Source: Chloroflexota bacterium
GTDB lineage: Bacteria; Chloroflexota; UBA11872
Length of the DNA: 64,000 nucleotides
Reading direction: 5' to 3'
Assembly: GCA_965263175.1 (NCBI GenBank)
Contig: OZ253587.1
Span: forward strand, 2,889,032 to 2,953,031
The notes under the pieces: model-generated
What the model was told of the DNA's origin: nothing
The model's input: the letters and a program-made list of their open reading frames with translations, nothing else
Database searches by the model: none
Translations under genes and position numbers: made by a program
Shown here: piece by piece, positions 20,880 to 31,104 of the stretch
Layout: every line of letters begins with the position of its first letter
Position numbering within the stretch: the first letter of the stretch is position 1

Positions 20880-22418
20880 TTAGCCCGACGGCGGTTCGTT
20901 GACGGCGATCAGGCGCAGCAGGCGGCCGCTGGCGTCGTCGGTAACGTAGAGCTCGCCGTCGCCGCCCTCGCCGAAGGACGGGATCTGGAAGTCAAAGTCG
21001 GCTCGTTGAATCATCTGCCAGGCGCCCTGATTGTCGAGTTGGAGCGTCCAGACGCGGCCGCTGCAGTAGTCCCCGAAAATGTAGGCGCCGGCCAGGGCGG
21101 GAAACGCTTTGCCGCGGTAGACGTAGCCGCCGGTGATGGAGCAGCCGTTGTCGCGACCGTATTCGCCCAGTGGCAGTTGCAAGCCCTCGGACGAGCAGCT
21201 GGGCACGACGGGCGGGAAACAGGCGCTGCCCTCCATGATGTTCCAGCCGAAGTTGAGGCCCCCGCGCAGCGGGGCCAGGGCAAGGTGGACTTCTTCCAGA
21301 TCGTTCTGACCCACGTCCGCGATCCACAGGTCGCCGGTCAACCGGTCGAACGAGAAGCGCCAGACGTTGCGCAGGCCATAGGCGAAGATCTCGGGGCGCT
21401 TGTCTGGCTGACTGGCGAAGGGGTTGTCGACGGGAATGGCATAGCCGGACTCGCCGTCGACGTCGATTCGGAGGAGCGAGCCGAGCAGCGTGCCGGGGTT
21501 CTGACCATTACCCAGGGGATCGCCGCCGGACCCGCCGTCGCCCATCGAAATGTAGAGGTAGCCGTCCTGGGGGCCGAAGGCCACCATGCCGCCGTTGTGA
21601 TTCTGGAAGGGTTGATCGATTTGCAGGAGCACGCGCTCGGACCGCGGATCGGCCTTGGCCTGGCTGGGATCGGCGGCGAATTCGGACACGACGGTGTTGC
21701 CGCCGTGGTCAGTGTAGTCCACGAAGATGCGCCCGTTGTGCGGATAGCCAGGGTGGAAGGCGACGCTGAACAGACCTTGCTCGTAGGCCTGGGAGCGAAC
21801 GCGGTCAGCAATATCCAGGAAGGGTTCGGAGACGACTTGGCCATCCTGCACGACCAAAATCCTGCCGCGCTTTTCAACGACGAAGAGCCGGCCGCTAGCG
21901 TCGCCGGCGTTGCCAACGAAGATGGGCCGCTCGAACCCGGTGGCTACAACCTGCACTTCGATGCCCAGCCCGCCGGACGAAGCTGCCTGAGGTGTGGCCA
22001 CGACTTCGGGCGTGGGCGCCGGGGTTGGCGTGGGCGTTGGCTCGAGCGTCGCGGTTGGGACCGGTGACGACGTACCCGTAGGGGTAGCCGCAACCGCGGC
22101 GCCGGCCGTGGCCGTGGGCTCCGGGGTGGGGTCCGGTGTCGGAGTCGGCACCGCAAGCGTCGGCGCAGCGGTTACCGGCGGGCTTGTCTGGACGACGGGC
22201 AGCGAAGTCGCGGGCGCTTGCGGGATAGGAGAGGCAGCGGTCGCCGGGGCCGCGGGCGCGGAGGACGTGGCGACTTGAATTGGCGTCGACGCGGCGGCGG
22301 CAGGAGGCTGTGTGGGAGGCGTGAGCGGCGCTTCGGTTGCGGGCGCGGAGGCCGGGTCGCAGGCCGCAGCCAGGACAGCCAGCAAGAGGGCGGTCAAGGT
22401 GCGGCGCATGGCGCTCAC
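20880..22418 (-). CDS. PQQ-dependent sugar dehydrogenase (soluble glucose/sorbosone dehydrogenase family) lipoprotein with a long Pro/Thr/Ala-rich linker
   Basis: Signal plus lipobox (LLAVLAAAC), a ~130-aa PT-rich linker, then a beta-propeller with HNGG and GLRNVWRFSFD motifs. Confidence 0.85.
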   Translation of the reverse strand: MSAMRRTLTALLLAVLAAACDPASAPATEAPLTPPTQPPAAAASTPIQVATSSAPAAPATAASPIPQAPATSLPVVQTSPPVTAAPTLAVPTPTPDPTPEPTATAGAAVAATPTGTSSPVPTATLEPTPTPTPAPTPEVVATPQAASSGGLGIEVQVVATGFERPIFVGNAGDASGRLFVVEKRGRILVVQDGQVVSEPFLDIADRVRSQAYEQGLFSVAFHPGYPHNGRIFVDYTDHGGNTVVSEFAADPSQAKADPRSERVLLQIDQPFQNHNGGMVAFGPQDGYLYISMGDGGSGGDPLGNGQNPGTLLGSLLRIDVDGESGYAIPVDNPFASQPDKRPEIFAYGLRNVWRFSFDRLTGDLWIADVGQNDLEEVHLALAPLRGGLNFGWNIMEGSACFPPVVPSCSSEGLQLPLGEYGRDNGCSITGGYVYRGKAFPALAGAYIFGDYCSGRVWTLQLDNQGAWQMIQRADFDFQIPSFGEGGDGELYVTDDASGRLLRLIAVNEPPSG

Positions 22419-22532
22419 CTTACGGCATGCCTAGTCCGCGGACCTTGGCCAGCGTTGCAGAGCGGACTGAATTGAACGAGGGGGCGGCGCGGCGCACACT
22501 TGCCTATGCGCAACCGTGCCAGGGAGCGGCTA

Positions 22533-23300
22533 ATGGGACGACTTGAGGGCAAACGCGCGCTGATTACCGGCGGCGGACGCGGCATTGGCGCCGGGATCGC
22601 GCGGCGGTTCGCGGCCGAAGGCGCGCACGTGATTCTGACGCAGCGGAATGTCGGCCTGCTGGAAGCCACCGCAGAGGGAATCCGAGCCGATGGCGGCACT
22701 GTCACGGCCTTTGCAGGCGACGTGGGCACGCCAGCCGGCGCCGCCGCCGTCGTGGAGGAAGCACTGAAGCGCGTTGAGCTACTGGACATCCTGATCAACA
22801 ACGCGGCTCGAACCGGCCAGGTCGGTCCTTTCCTGGAGGTCAAGCTGGAGGACTGGCACAGCTACATCGATACGAATCTGACCGGCGCGTTCGTGGTGGC
22901 TCAGGCCGTAGCCCGCCACATGGCGGCCGAGGGTATCGAGGGGCGGATCGTCAACACGGGGTCGGTGGATTCGTTTGCGGCCGAGGCCAACGCCTCGCCT
23001 TACGCCGCCAGCAAGGGCGGGCTGTGGCTGCTGACCCGAGCGATGGCGGTGGACCTGGCGCCGTACGGCATTGCGGTGAACCTGATCGCGCCGGGTCCAA
23101 TTCGGGTGGAACGCTCGGAAGCGCGAGCGCGCGACCCGGAAATTCGAGCGAAACGGTCGAGGGTTATACCGCAAGGCCCCCACGGGACGCCCGAGGACGT
23201 GGCCGCGGCGGCGGTGTACCTGGCCAGTGATGAGTGCCGCTATGTGACCGGCAGCGCGATCACGGTTGATGGCGGGGGACGGGCGTTCCTGCCGTTTTAG
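22533..23300 (+). CDS. SDR-family oxidoreductase (3-oxoacyl-ACP reductase-like)
   Basis: TGGGRGIGAGIA, NNAA, S...YxxSK pattern. Confidence 0.85.
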   Translation: MGRLEGKRALITGGGRGIGAGIARRFAAEGAHVILTQRNVGLLEATAEGIRADGGTVTAFAGDVGTPAGAAAVVEEALKRVELLDILINNAARTGQVGPFLEVKLEDWHSYIDTNLTGAFVVAQAVARHMAAEGIEGRIVNTGSVDSFAAEANASPYAASKGGLWLLTRAMAVDLAPYGIAVNLIAPGPIRVERSEARARDPEIRAKRSRVIPQGPHGTPEDVAAAAVYLASDECRYVTGSAITVDGGGRAFLPF

Positions 23301-23374
23301 GCCAGTGGCGTCGGCTGCCCAAAGGCTGCCACCGTTGACTCGAGTGACAGCATGAGCCTGTCGCGGAGAACTCC

Positions 23375-25027
23375 GTGCAGTTGATCGCGCCGGCGCCGAC
23401 CGACCCGATCTGGCGGAACAACCCAGGGACATGGGGCTGTGAGCCGGCCGACATCCGGGCGATGTTGCGCGCCGCGCTCGAGGGGGACGATGCCCGCGTG
23501 CGAGCCTTGGCAGCGCTCGATCCGAACCTTGTGCGTGCGGAGTACTGGTATACGCAGCCACTGCATTTCGCGGTGCGCGAGGGTCATGCCGATGTCCTCA
23601 GGACCCTGTTGGAAGTGGGCGCTGACCCGACGTACCGACGCTACGGGCACGAGCCGCTGGCGACCGTCGCGCGTGACCGAGGGCACGAGGATGTGGCCGT
23701 GATCATCGAGCGGGCGCGGGCAGCGCGAGGGCTCGGCACCGGACGGCACGAAGTTCACGCGGCAGCAACAGAAGGCGAGATCGGGAGGTTGCGAGCGCTG
23801 GTTGAAGCAGACCGCTCGCTGTTGGTTCTCGGCGACGACGAGGGATTCACACCGCTGCATCGAGCGGTGGAGGCTGGTCAGGCCGCGGGCGTGCGCCTGC
23901 TGCTGGACCTTGGCGCTCCGCCCGATGCTATTCAGGCCGGGGGCGGCGGCAACCGGCCGGATGCCTGGTACCGGCCGGCAGGTCGGCGGCCGATCGACCT
24001 GGCGCTGGCTCGCAACGACATCGACATTGCGCGCGATCTTCATGCCGGAGGGGCCGCGTTGACGATTGACGTGGCCGCGGCGATGGGTGACGCCGATGAA
24101 GTGCGGCGGATCCTAAATGCCGACCCGGACGCCATTAGCGCGCTCGGCGATCAGGCTGGTCGGCCAATGGGTCAGGCCGCGCGCCGCGGCCATATCGACG
24201 TGATACGCGCTCTGCTGGAGCGCGGAGTTGATCCAAACCTGCGCGAGGGGCGTGACGCTCCGCGAGGGAGGGCGCTCTGGCAGGCCGCACAGCGCGGGGA
24301 TGGCGCAATGGCCCGGATGCTGCTGGAGGCGGGCGCGAATCCTAACGCCGGTATCGAGTCCTCGGGTACGGCGACGTGGATGGCGAAGGCGCCTGAACTC
24401 CGAAGGCTCTTTGAAGACCATGGCGGGCAGGTAGACGCGACCGGGCACCTGTTGGACGGCGACGACGAAGCTGTGTTGGCAATGGCTGATGCCGATCCGG
24501 ACGCAGTGAGCATGGGCGGTTGCGGCGGTATCTTCGCGATGGTGGTGATGGTCGAGCGGCGCGACATCTTGCAGCGGCTGCTGGAGCGCGGCGTGCGGGT
24601 TCCCGCCGTGGTGACGGGCTGCCGCACTTATCTGTGGAAAACGCCGGACATGACGCGCGTGCTGCTGGAGCACGGCATGGACCCGAATCTGCCCAACTGG
24701 CAACGGGTGACCCCGCTGCATGACATCTGCAACCGCAGTGGGCGCGGCCAACCGGACCCGAACCGGCAGGAGCTGCTGGATCTGTTCGTTGAGTTTGGCG
24801 CGGATCTGAACGCCATTGATGAGGAGTACCGGTCGACCCCGCTGGGATGGGCGGCCCGAAGCGGGCTTGAGGACATGGTTGAGCTGCTGCTGGCGCGGGG
24901 GGCCGATCCGAACGGCGCCGGTGAACCTTGGGCTACGCCACTGCGCTGGGCGCAGCGGCGGGGGCACTGGAGGGTGGAGGCCGCGCTGCGCCGCGGCCGC
25001 AGAATGACGCCTAGTTGCGGCTGCTGA
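23375..25027 (+). CDS. Ankyrin-repeat protein
   Basis: At least eight tandem ~33-aa repeats with the TPLHxAxxxGHxxxVxxLLxxGAD signature. Its stop overlaps the start region of the next gene. Confidence 0.8.
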   Translation: MQLIAPAPTDPIWRNNPGTWGCEPADIRAMLRAALEGDDARVRALAALDPNLVRAEYWYTQPLHFAVREGHADVLRTLLEVGADPTYRRYGHEPLATVARDRGHEDVAVIIERARAARGLGTGRHEVHAAATEGEIGRLRALVEADRSLLVLGDDEGFTPLHRAVEAGQAAGVRLLLDLGAPPDAIQAGGGGNRPDAWYRPAGRRPIDLALARNDIDIARDLHAGGAALTIDVAAAMGDADEVRRILNADPDAISALGDQAGRPMGQAARRGHIDVIRALLERGVDPNLREGRDAPRGRALWQAAQRGDGAMARMLLEAGANPNAGIESSGTATWMAKAPELRRLFEDHGGQVDATGHLLDGDDEAVLAMADADPDAVSMGGCGGIFAMVVMVERRDILQRLLERGVRVPAVVTGCRTYLWKTPDMTRVLLEHGMDPNLPNWQRVTPLHDICNRSGRGQPDPNRQELLDLFVEFGADLNAIDEEYRSTPLGWAARSGLEDMVELLLARGADPNGAGEPWATPLRWAQRRGHWRVEAALRRGRRMTPSCGC

Positions 25028-25112
25028 TATGACTCCCTTACCGTGCGATGTGCTCTTGGCACTCGCCCGTCACACTCGCCCACCGTTGCCCCGTCCGTCT
25101 GAGGAATCCTTC

Positions 25113-26693
25113 ATGCAGATACTGTCGAAGGCCAAAGGCTCCACCGCAAGGGTGCTGATCGCCCTCCTGGTCGCGGTGGTCGGTGCGGTGGCGCTGGCCA
25201 CGCCGGCGTACGCGCAGTGGCCGAGCACCTGCGTGGACCTCAACGACATCGTCGAGCATCACCTCGGCAACGCCGGGAACGTGGGCATCTACCAGCGGGT
25301 GTTTGGCGGTCAGGCCGAACACCCGTGTCAGAACGATCATCGCGACGACGTACGAACGGTGTTCGCCTGGGCCTTCGGCGGCGAGTCGGCCGCAACCGCC
25401 GCGCCTACGCAGTGGCCGGCCACCTGCGTGGACCTCAACGACATCGTGGAGCGGCACCTCGGGAATACGCAGAACGTCGGCATCTACCAGCGCGCCTTCG
25501 ACGCGGGTCCCGGCGCTGAAGGCGCCTGTCAGAACGACCACCGCGCCGATGTGCGTGACCTGTTCACCTGGGCATTTGGCGGCGGGACACTCGGCGCCAG
25601 CGGCGCCAAGGCGCCACTGACGGTTGCAGAGCTGGTACGGCAAGCGCGGATTGCAGTCCGATACATCCTGGCAGCCGATGCCAGCGGCAGCGGCTTCGTT
25701 GTGACGGCGGACGGCTACGTGGTGACCAACAGCCATGTGCTGGACGGCGCCCGTCAGGCGACCGTTGGAACCCACGACGGCCAAGAGGATGTGGCGGCAG
25801 TGGTAGCGGACAACCCGGATCTCGATCTGGCGCTGCTCAAGCTAGCGGGCGCCAACCACCCATTTGTAAGCTTTGGCCGCTCCGCAGACTTGGCGGTGGG
25901 CGAGGACATCGTGATTCTGGGCTACCCGCTTGGCCTGAAGAGCCTCACCGCCACACGCGGTATCCTGTCCGCTCGTCACGCGGGCTGGCTGCAGACTGAT
26001 GCCACGGCAAACCCAGGCAACAGCGGCGGTCCAGGATTCAATCTGCACGGGGAAGTCATTGGGGTTGCAACCAGCAAGTTAGGCGGCGCACAACGAGTCG
26101 AGAACGTGAATCTCCTGATTGACGGGGATCTGGTTCAGGACACGGTTGACGCCTGGATTGCCAGCCACCGCGCGGGCACTCTCACACTGCCGGCGGTGGC
26201 ACCTGCGCCTTCGCCGCCGCCGGATTCCACGCCAGATCCGCCGGCTGAGAACCGTTGGAGACAAGAGACGCTTCGTGATGAAGTCACCGGAGAGGAACGT
26301 TTCATTGCGGTCGCTTTTGGAAGCGATGATTCTTACGTAGCTGTTCGCTGTTGGGAATCCGAAAATGACCTGGATGTCTATGTGTACTTTGGTCCGTATG
26401 TGTATCTGTCGTCGGATTGGAGATCGAATAGCGTCGACGTTCAGTGGCGCTGGAACGACGATGCGAACGTCAACTCAGGTCAATGGAGCGTATCCACGAG
26501 CAATAAAGCAGTGTTTCTTGCAGACTGGCAAATCAAAGAGTTTGCCTTTGGTCTTGTCCATGCGGGGCGTTTGGCATTTCGCGCCACAGATCGTTCGGGT
26601 GATCGCGAAGATGCGATCTTCGACTTTGTTGGCCAAGGGACACCAAATCACCCTGTAACAAATGTGATGAGTGCCTGCGGGGCGAAAATTTAG
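25113..26693 (+). CDS. Secreted trypsin-like (S1) serine protease with two N-terminal copies of an unrecognised ~55-aa two-Cys domain and a C-terminal beta-rich domain
   Basis: Signal peptide. 2x WPxTCVDLNDIVExHLGNxxNVGIYQRxF...CQNDHRxDVR. Catalytic triad context TNSHVL...DLALLKL...GNSGGP. Confidence 0.75.
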   Translation: MQILSKAKGSTARVLIALLVAVVGAVALATPAYAQWPSTCVDLNDIVEHHLGNAGNVGIYQRVFGGQAEHPCQNDHRDDVRTVFAWAFGGESAATAAPTQWPATCVDLNDIVERHLGNTQNVGIYQRAFDAGPGAEGACQNDHRADVRDLFTWAFGGGTLGASGAKAPLTVAELVRQARIAVRYILAADASGSGFVVTADGYVVTNSHVLDGARQATVGTHDGQEDVAAVVADNPDLDLALLKLAGANHPFVSFGRSADLAVGEDIVILGYPLGLKSLTATRGILSARHAGWLQTDATANPGNSGGPGFNLHGEVIGVATSKLGGAQRVENVNLLIDGDLVQDTVDAWIASHRAGTLTLPAVAPAPSPPPDSTPDPPAENRWRQETLRDEVTGEERFIAVAFGSDDSYVAVRCWESENDLDVYVYFGPYVYLSSDWRSNSVDVQWRWNDDANVNSGQWSVSTSNKAVFLADWQIKEFAFGLVHAGRLAFRATDRSGDREDAIFDFVGQGTPNHPVTNVMSACGAKI

Positions 26694-26745
26694 CCCAGCG
26701 AGACATGGGCACTGCCACAGTCGCTTGGGTCTGGAGATTGACGAC

Positions 26746-28215
26746 TTAGATGGGATCCAGAGGGAAGATGGGGCGGCGGAGGTTGTGGTAGGTGAGGTCG
26801 CGGGGGTCGTGGGACTGGACAGCGGGGAAGGCGACGCGGTGGACCTGGGTGGCGATGGGGCCGTAGGCCGCGCGGAAGTGGTTTGAGGACTTAACGCCGA
26901 TCCAGCGCAGAGCGGTTGGTTCGATGCCGAGCGCGCGCGGGCACTCGAGGCTGAAGAGTTGCAGGCGGTTGGTGGTGACGGCGACTCGAACGCCGCCGAT
27001 GCGGAGAAGGGCAGTGGGTCCGAATTTCTGGGTCATGCCCGTGTACATGGGGCCGCGAATTACGAACTCGAGGTTCAGCAACCGTTCAACGGTCGCGCGG
27101 GCGCGCAGCGGCGGGCCCTGGACGGGGGCGGACTTGCCGCCGATGTCGACTTCGACCTCGGCGTGGTGCCCGGCGGCCTGCGCGAGCTGGACGGTCTCGG
27201 GGTCGCAGATGGTGAGGACCAGCGCATCCTGGAGGTTGTGCTGGACGAATGCCCGCAACATGCCGGTGGAGTCGCCAGGGGCGCCACCGCCGGGATTGTC
27301 CTGCCCATCGGCGATGACGATAGGGCCCGACCCGGCTGATCGAGCTTCAGCCAGCGCGTCGTCGAAGGTAACCAGGTCGACCAGGAACCGCTGACGCTGG
27401 GCGAAGATCCAATCCGCGTAGGCCTTTGCCTCGCGCCTGGCTTGGGCCGGGTCACCGTCGGTCACAACGACGACGGTCGTGCCGGCTTCGGGAATGTCCG
27501 CCCAGGCGAAACCCGGGTTGACGGAGGCAGTGAGGATGCCGGGCTGGGCTTCGAGCTGATGGGCGCGGGCGACGATGCCATCGAAGGGCTCGAAGCCGGT
27601 CACGTTGCCGCCGGCCCAGAGCAGGGGCATGCGCTCGACCGCCATGGTGGGGCGAATCTCGCCGCGCAGCGTGCGCACGATCAGGTCGGCGGCTTCCTGA
27701 CCGCGTTCCCGGAAGTCGACGTGGGGGTAGGTATCGCACGGGATGATGATGTCGGCAAGCTCGGCCATCGTGTCGCTGATGTTGGCGTGAAGGTCGAGGG
27801 TGACGATGACCGGGCGGTCGGGTCCGAGAATCGAGCGAACGCCGCGCAGGAGGTCGCCTTCGCCGTCGTCGATGCCTTCGATGACCATTGCGCCGTGCAG
27901 GTCCAGCAACGCGCCGTGGACCAGCATGGCGGCTTCCAGACGTTCCAGGAACTCGGCCTTCAGGCGCGTCCAGGCTTCGGCGTGGACCGGGCCGGAGGGT
28001 TCGGCGAAGGTCCAGAGCAGCGGGACCAGCTGGTAGCCGTGGGTGGCCGCGCCGTCGATGAAGCCGCCGCACCCGGTGTTGGTGTCGCGCATGGCTTCGA
28101 TGACTTCGGGGCCTCGGTGGAAGCCGCGGGAGGATTCCTGAAACACCTCGTAGGGCGTTTCGATGGGCGTAAAGGTGCTGGACTCGTGCCCGATGTTGCC
28201 GGTGGCTATGCGCAT
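26746..28215 (-). CDS. M81-family metallopeptidase (MlrC/microcystinase-like; DUF1485 plus DUF1446)
   Basis: Starts MRIATGNIGHESSTF. Length and architecture fit the M81 family. Confidence 0.75.
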   Translation of the reverse strand: MRIATGNIGHESSTFTPIETPYEVFQESSRGFHRGPEVIEAMRDTNTGCGGFIDGAATHGYQLVPLLWTFAEPSGPVHAEAWTRLKAEFLERLEAAMLVHGALLDLHGAMVIEGIDDGEGDLLRGVRSILGPDRPVIVTLDLHANISDTMAELADIIIPCDTYPHVDFRERGQEAADLIVRTLRGEIRPTMAVERMPLLWAGGNVTGFEPFDGIVARAHQLEAQPGILTASVNPGFAWADIPEAGTTVVVVTDGDPAQARREAKAYADWIFAQRQRFLVDLVTFDDALAEARSAGSGPIVIADGQDNPGGGAPGDSTGMLRAFVQHNLQDALVLTICDPETVQLAQAAGHHAEVEVDIGGKSAPVQGPPLRARATVERLLNLEFVIRGPMYTGMTQKFGPTALLRIGGVRVAVTTNRLQLFSLECPRALGIEPTALRWIGVKSSNHFRAAYGPIATQVHRVAFPAVQSHDPRDLTYHNLRRPIFPLDPI

Positions 28216-28264
28216 GACGCGGCTCCGGGGCGTGGATTGCGGGGAGTGTAGCGGTGCAGCAACT

Positions 28265-29086
28265 CTAGGCGCCCTGGAAGGCTCTGAGCCGGGCCTCGCG
28301 GACCAGGGCCAGTGCGCGGGCATGCGCTTCGGGCGACACGGCCCCGATGACGCCGCCGCGAATCAACGGATCGGGCGTATTGAACGTGTGCGGGCGGCTT
28401 TGGAAGTCGGTTACCAGGCCACCGGCCGCTCCGAGCATTGCGGCGTGGGGCGCCAGGTCCCACTCGTAGCCGGTTGTGCGGGGCGTCACGTACGCGTGTA
28501 TCCCGGCGGAGAGCATGGTCGTCATGCTCATGAGGCCGTGGTAGGAGACCGTGAAGTTCGCGCCGGCACTTCCGGGCACCCTGGCGATGGCGGCGGCGCT
28601 GCGGCTGTGCATGACGTAGAACGACGAGCCAGCCAACGGCCTCGCCTTCAGTTGGGCGGTCCGCCCGTCGTGCTCCAGAGTCGGCGTGACCCCCACGGCG
28701 CCCAAGCGAAGCTCTCGCATTGCGGGACGGTTCACGGCCCCAACCACAGCCACGCCATCCACCACGAGCGCGAGCATGATCGACCAGTCGCGGTCGCCCC
28801 GCTCGTAGTGCGAGGTTCCGTCGATCGGGTCGACGATCCAGCAGCGTGAGTTGCTCAGGCGGTTTGGATCATCGGGTCCTTCCTCGGAGAGGATGGCGTC
28901 GTGCGGGTAGGCCGCCGCTATTGCGTCCACGATGAGGTCGTTCACGTCCAGGTCGGCCTGAGTGACGATGCTGCCGTCGGGTTTGCCGAAGACCGGCAGG
29001 TCGGGACGCTGAAAGGACGCCAGGGCCGGCACGGCGGCGAGGCGCACAGTTTCGACGGCGAAGGCGAGTTCAGCGGCGTAGTTCAT
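28265..29086 (-). CDS. Inositol monophosphatase-family phosphatase (IMPase/CysQ-like)
   Basis: EEG...DP...WIVDPIDGT motif set. Confidence 0.85.
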   Translation of the reverse strand: MNYAAELAFAVETVRLAAVPALASFQRPDLPVFGKPDGSIVTQADLDVNDLIVDAIAAAYPHDAILSEEGPDDPNRLSNSRCWIVDPIDGTSHYERGDRDWSIMLALVVDGVAVVGAVNRPAMRELRLGAVGVTPTLEHDGRTAQLKARPLAGSSFYVMHSRSAAAIARVPGSAGANFTVSYHGLMSMTTMLSAGIHAYVTPRTTGYEWDLAPHAAMLGAAGGLVTDFQSRPHTFNTPDPLIRGGVIGAVSPEAHARALALVREARLRAFQGA

Positions 29087-29119
29087 AGGGCTGATCTGGG
29101 GGCGTCTGCCTCCAGCATG

Positions 29120-30202
29120 TCAGGTCGGCATCACGTGGACGGCTTCGGGTGGGATGTGGACGCGCCAGTGGCGGCGAGTGGCGACCCCCATGACCTGGTA
29201 GGGGTGGGGGGCGATTTGGATCTCGATGGTGGGCGCGGAGGGCGTAGTTGCATTGGGTACGCGCGCGGTGAGGGTGCGGGAGTGGCCGAAGTCGGCTTCG
29301 TCGACGATTTCAGCGTCCAGCGTGTTAGGGCGGTCGTCCGGCTGGCGGTCGGGGCGGACGAGGATGATCTGGTCGGCGCGCAGAGCGATTTTCATCGAGC
29401 CTTCGGTGATGTCGGTCTGGGCAGATTGCAGGGGGCCGATGGGGGTATGGACCGTCAATTCGCCATCGGAGGTAATGGCCTCGGCATCGAGGACGTTCGC
29501 GATTCCGAGCAAGTGGGCCACGCGAGCGCTGCGCGGACGCTGGAGTACGTACGAACGGTCGCCGACTTGCAGGACCTGGCCGGCGTCCATGACGGCGATT
29601 TGGTCGCCGATGTGGCTGGCCTCGGTGAGGTCGTGGGTGACCATGAGCACGGGGAGGTTCAAGTCCCGGACCAAGCGGCGGAGTTCGCGGCGGAGCGTGA
29701 GGGCCACGCCTTCGTCAAGCGCGGCGAACGGTTCGTCCAGAAGGAGCGCCCGGGGCCGGCGGACCAGGGCGCGGGCGAGGGCGGTGCGCTGGGCCTGGCC
29801 GCCGGAGATCTGGGACGGGCGGCGATCGGCCAGGTCCTGAATGCCCAGGGTGCGGAGCAGGTCGTCGACCCGCCGGTCGCGTTCGGGGCGGGGCAAATCG
29901 AAGACACCGTAGGCGACGTTCTGGGCCACGGTGAGGTGGGGGAATAGCGCGTAGCTCTGTACGACGTAGCCGAGGCGGCGGTCGTAGGGCGGGACGTTGA
30001 GGCCGGCTGCCGCGTCGAACACCGGGCGGTCGTGGATGGTTATGCGACCGCGATCGGGAGTGAGGAGTCCGGCGATGGCTTCGAGGGTGAGGGTCTTGCC
30101 GGCTCCGGACTGCCCGAAGAGGACGGTGATTCCCGGTCCGACCTGGAGCTTGGGGGCAAGCCGGAAGCTGCCGAGCGTGAGGGTGGCGTCGATCTGGATC
30201 AC
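29120..30202 (-). CDS. modC: Molybdate/sulfate-type ABC transporter ATP-binding protein with C-terminal TOBE domain
   Basis: Walker A GQSGAGKT, signature LSGGQAQR, Walker B LLLDEPF, then a TOBE-like C-terminus. Confidence 0.85.
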   Translation of the reverse strand: MIQIDATLTLGSFRLAPKLQVGPGITVLFGQSGAGKTLTLEAIAGLLTPDRGRITIHDRPVFDAAAGLNVPPYDRRLGYVVQSYALFPHLTVAQNVAYGVFDLPRPERDRRVDDLLRTLGIQDLADRRPSQISGGQAQRTALARALVRRPRALLLDEPFAALDEGVALTLRRELRRLVRDLNLPVLMVTHDLTEASHIGDQIAVMDAGQVLQVGDRSYVLQRPRSARVAHLLGIANVLDAEAITSDGELTVHTPIGPLQSAQTDITEGSMKIALRADQIILVRPDRQPDDRPNTLDAEIVDEADFGHSRTLTARVPNATTPSAPTIEIQIAPHPYQVMGVATRRHWRVHIPPEAVHVMPT

Positions 30203-31092
30203 AGGGCGCGGCTTCCGGCGCGGGCCAGTCCGCGGAAGGCGATCAGGACGGCGAGCGCAATGGCGGCCAGGACGACGGCTATGGCGATGGCCGCGTTGGC
30301 GTCAGCTTCCATGGCTTCCAGGATCGCGAGGGGCATGGTCTGGGTTCGGCCGGCGACGTTTCCCGCGAACATGATGGTGGCGCCGAACTCGCCCAAGGCG
30401 CGCGCCCAAGCCATGACGGCGCCGCCGGCCAGCGAGGGGAGGGCCAGAGGCACGGTGATGCGGCGAAACGTGCGCCAGGGGCGGGCGCCGAGGGTTGCAG
30501 AGACGGCTTCGAGGCGCTGGTCGACGCTCTCGAACCCGGCACGAGCGGCGCGGATGTAGAAGGGGGCGGCGACGAACATTTGCGCCAGCACGACGGCGGC
30601 GGTGGTGAAGGCGACGTCGATGCCGGCGCGGGCCAGCGGGCCGCCGACCGGTCCCTGCCGTCCCAACAGCAGCAGCAAGGCCAGGCCGCCGACGACGGGG
30701 GGCAGGACGATTGGGAGGTCGATGACGGCGTCGACCAGGGCGCGGCCGGGAAAGCGTCGACGGGCCAGGAGGTAGGCGGTGGGCGTGCCCAGGGCCACGA
30801 TGGCCGCTACCGCGATGACGGAAGTGATGAGCGAGAGTTGGACGGCGGCACGTACGAAGGGGCTGGTGAGGGCCGCGCCGATGTCGGCCTGGGTGACGCC
30901 ACGGGCAATCAGTGCGCCCACCGGGGCCAGCACGAGGGCGAGGGCCAGGGCCGCCAGGAGCCACACGAGGAGCTGACCCCAGGAGAGTGGGGTGCGCAGG
31001 GTTGAGCGGGTCGTCGGGGTCAGGTCAGGGTCCTCTGGGACGGCGGGGCGGAGACGGCGCGCGGCGATTGCGCGGGCGGCGGGGCGAATCAT
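30199..31092 (-). CDS. modB: Molybdate ABC transporter permease
   Basis: ModB/CysTW-type permease with EAA loop (ARALGEFGATIMFAGN) and six TM segments. Confidence 0.8.
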   Translation of the reverse strand: MIRPAARAIAARRLRPAVPEDPDLTPTTRSTLRTPLSWGQLLVWLLAALALALVLAPVGALIARGVTQADIGAALTSPFVRAAVQLSLITSVIAVAAIVALGTPTAYLLARRRFPGRALVDAVIDLPIVLPPVVGGLALLLLLGRQGPVGGPLARAGIDVAFTTAAVVLAQMFVAAPFYIRAARAGFESVDQRLEAVSATLGARPWRTFRRITVPLALPSLAGGAVMAWARALGEFGATIMFAGNVAGRTQTMPLAILEAMEADANAAIAIAVVLAAIALAVLIAFRGLARAGSRAL

Positions 31093-31104
31093 CGCACCGG
31101 CGGG

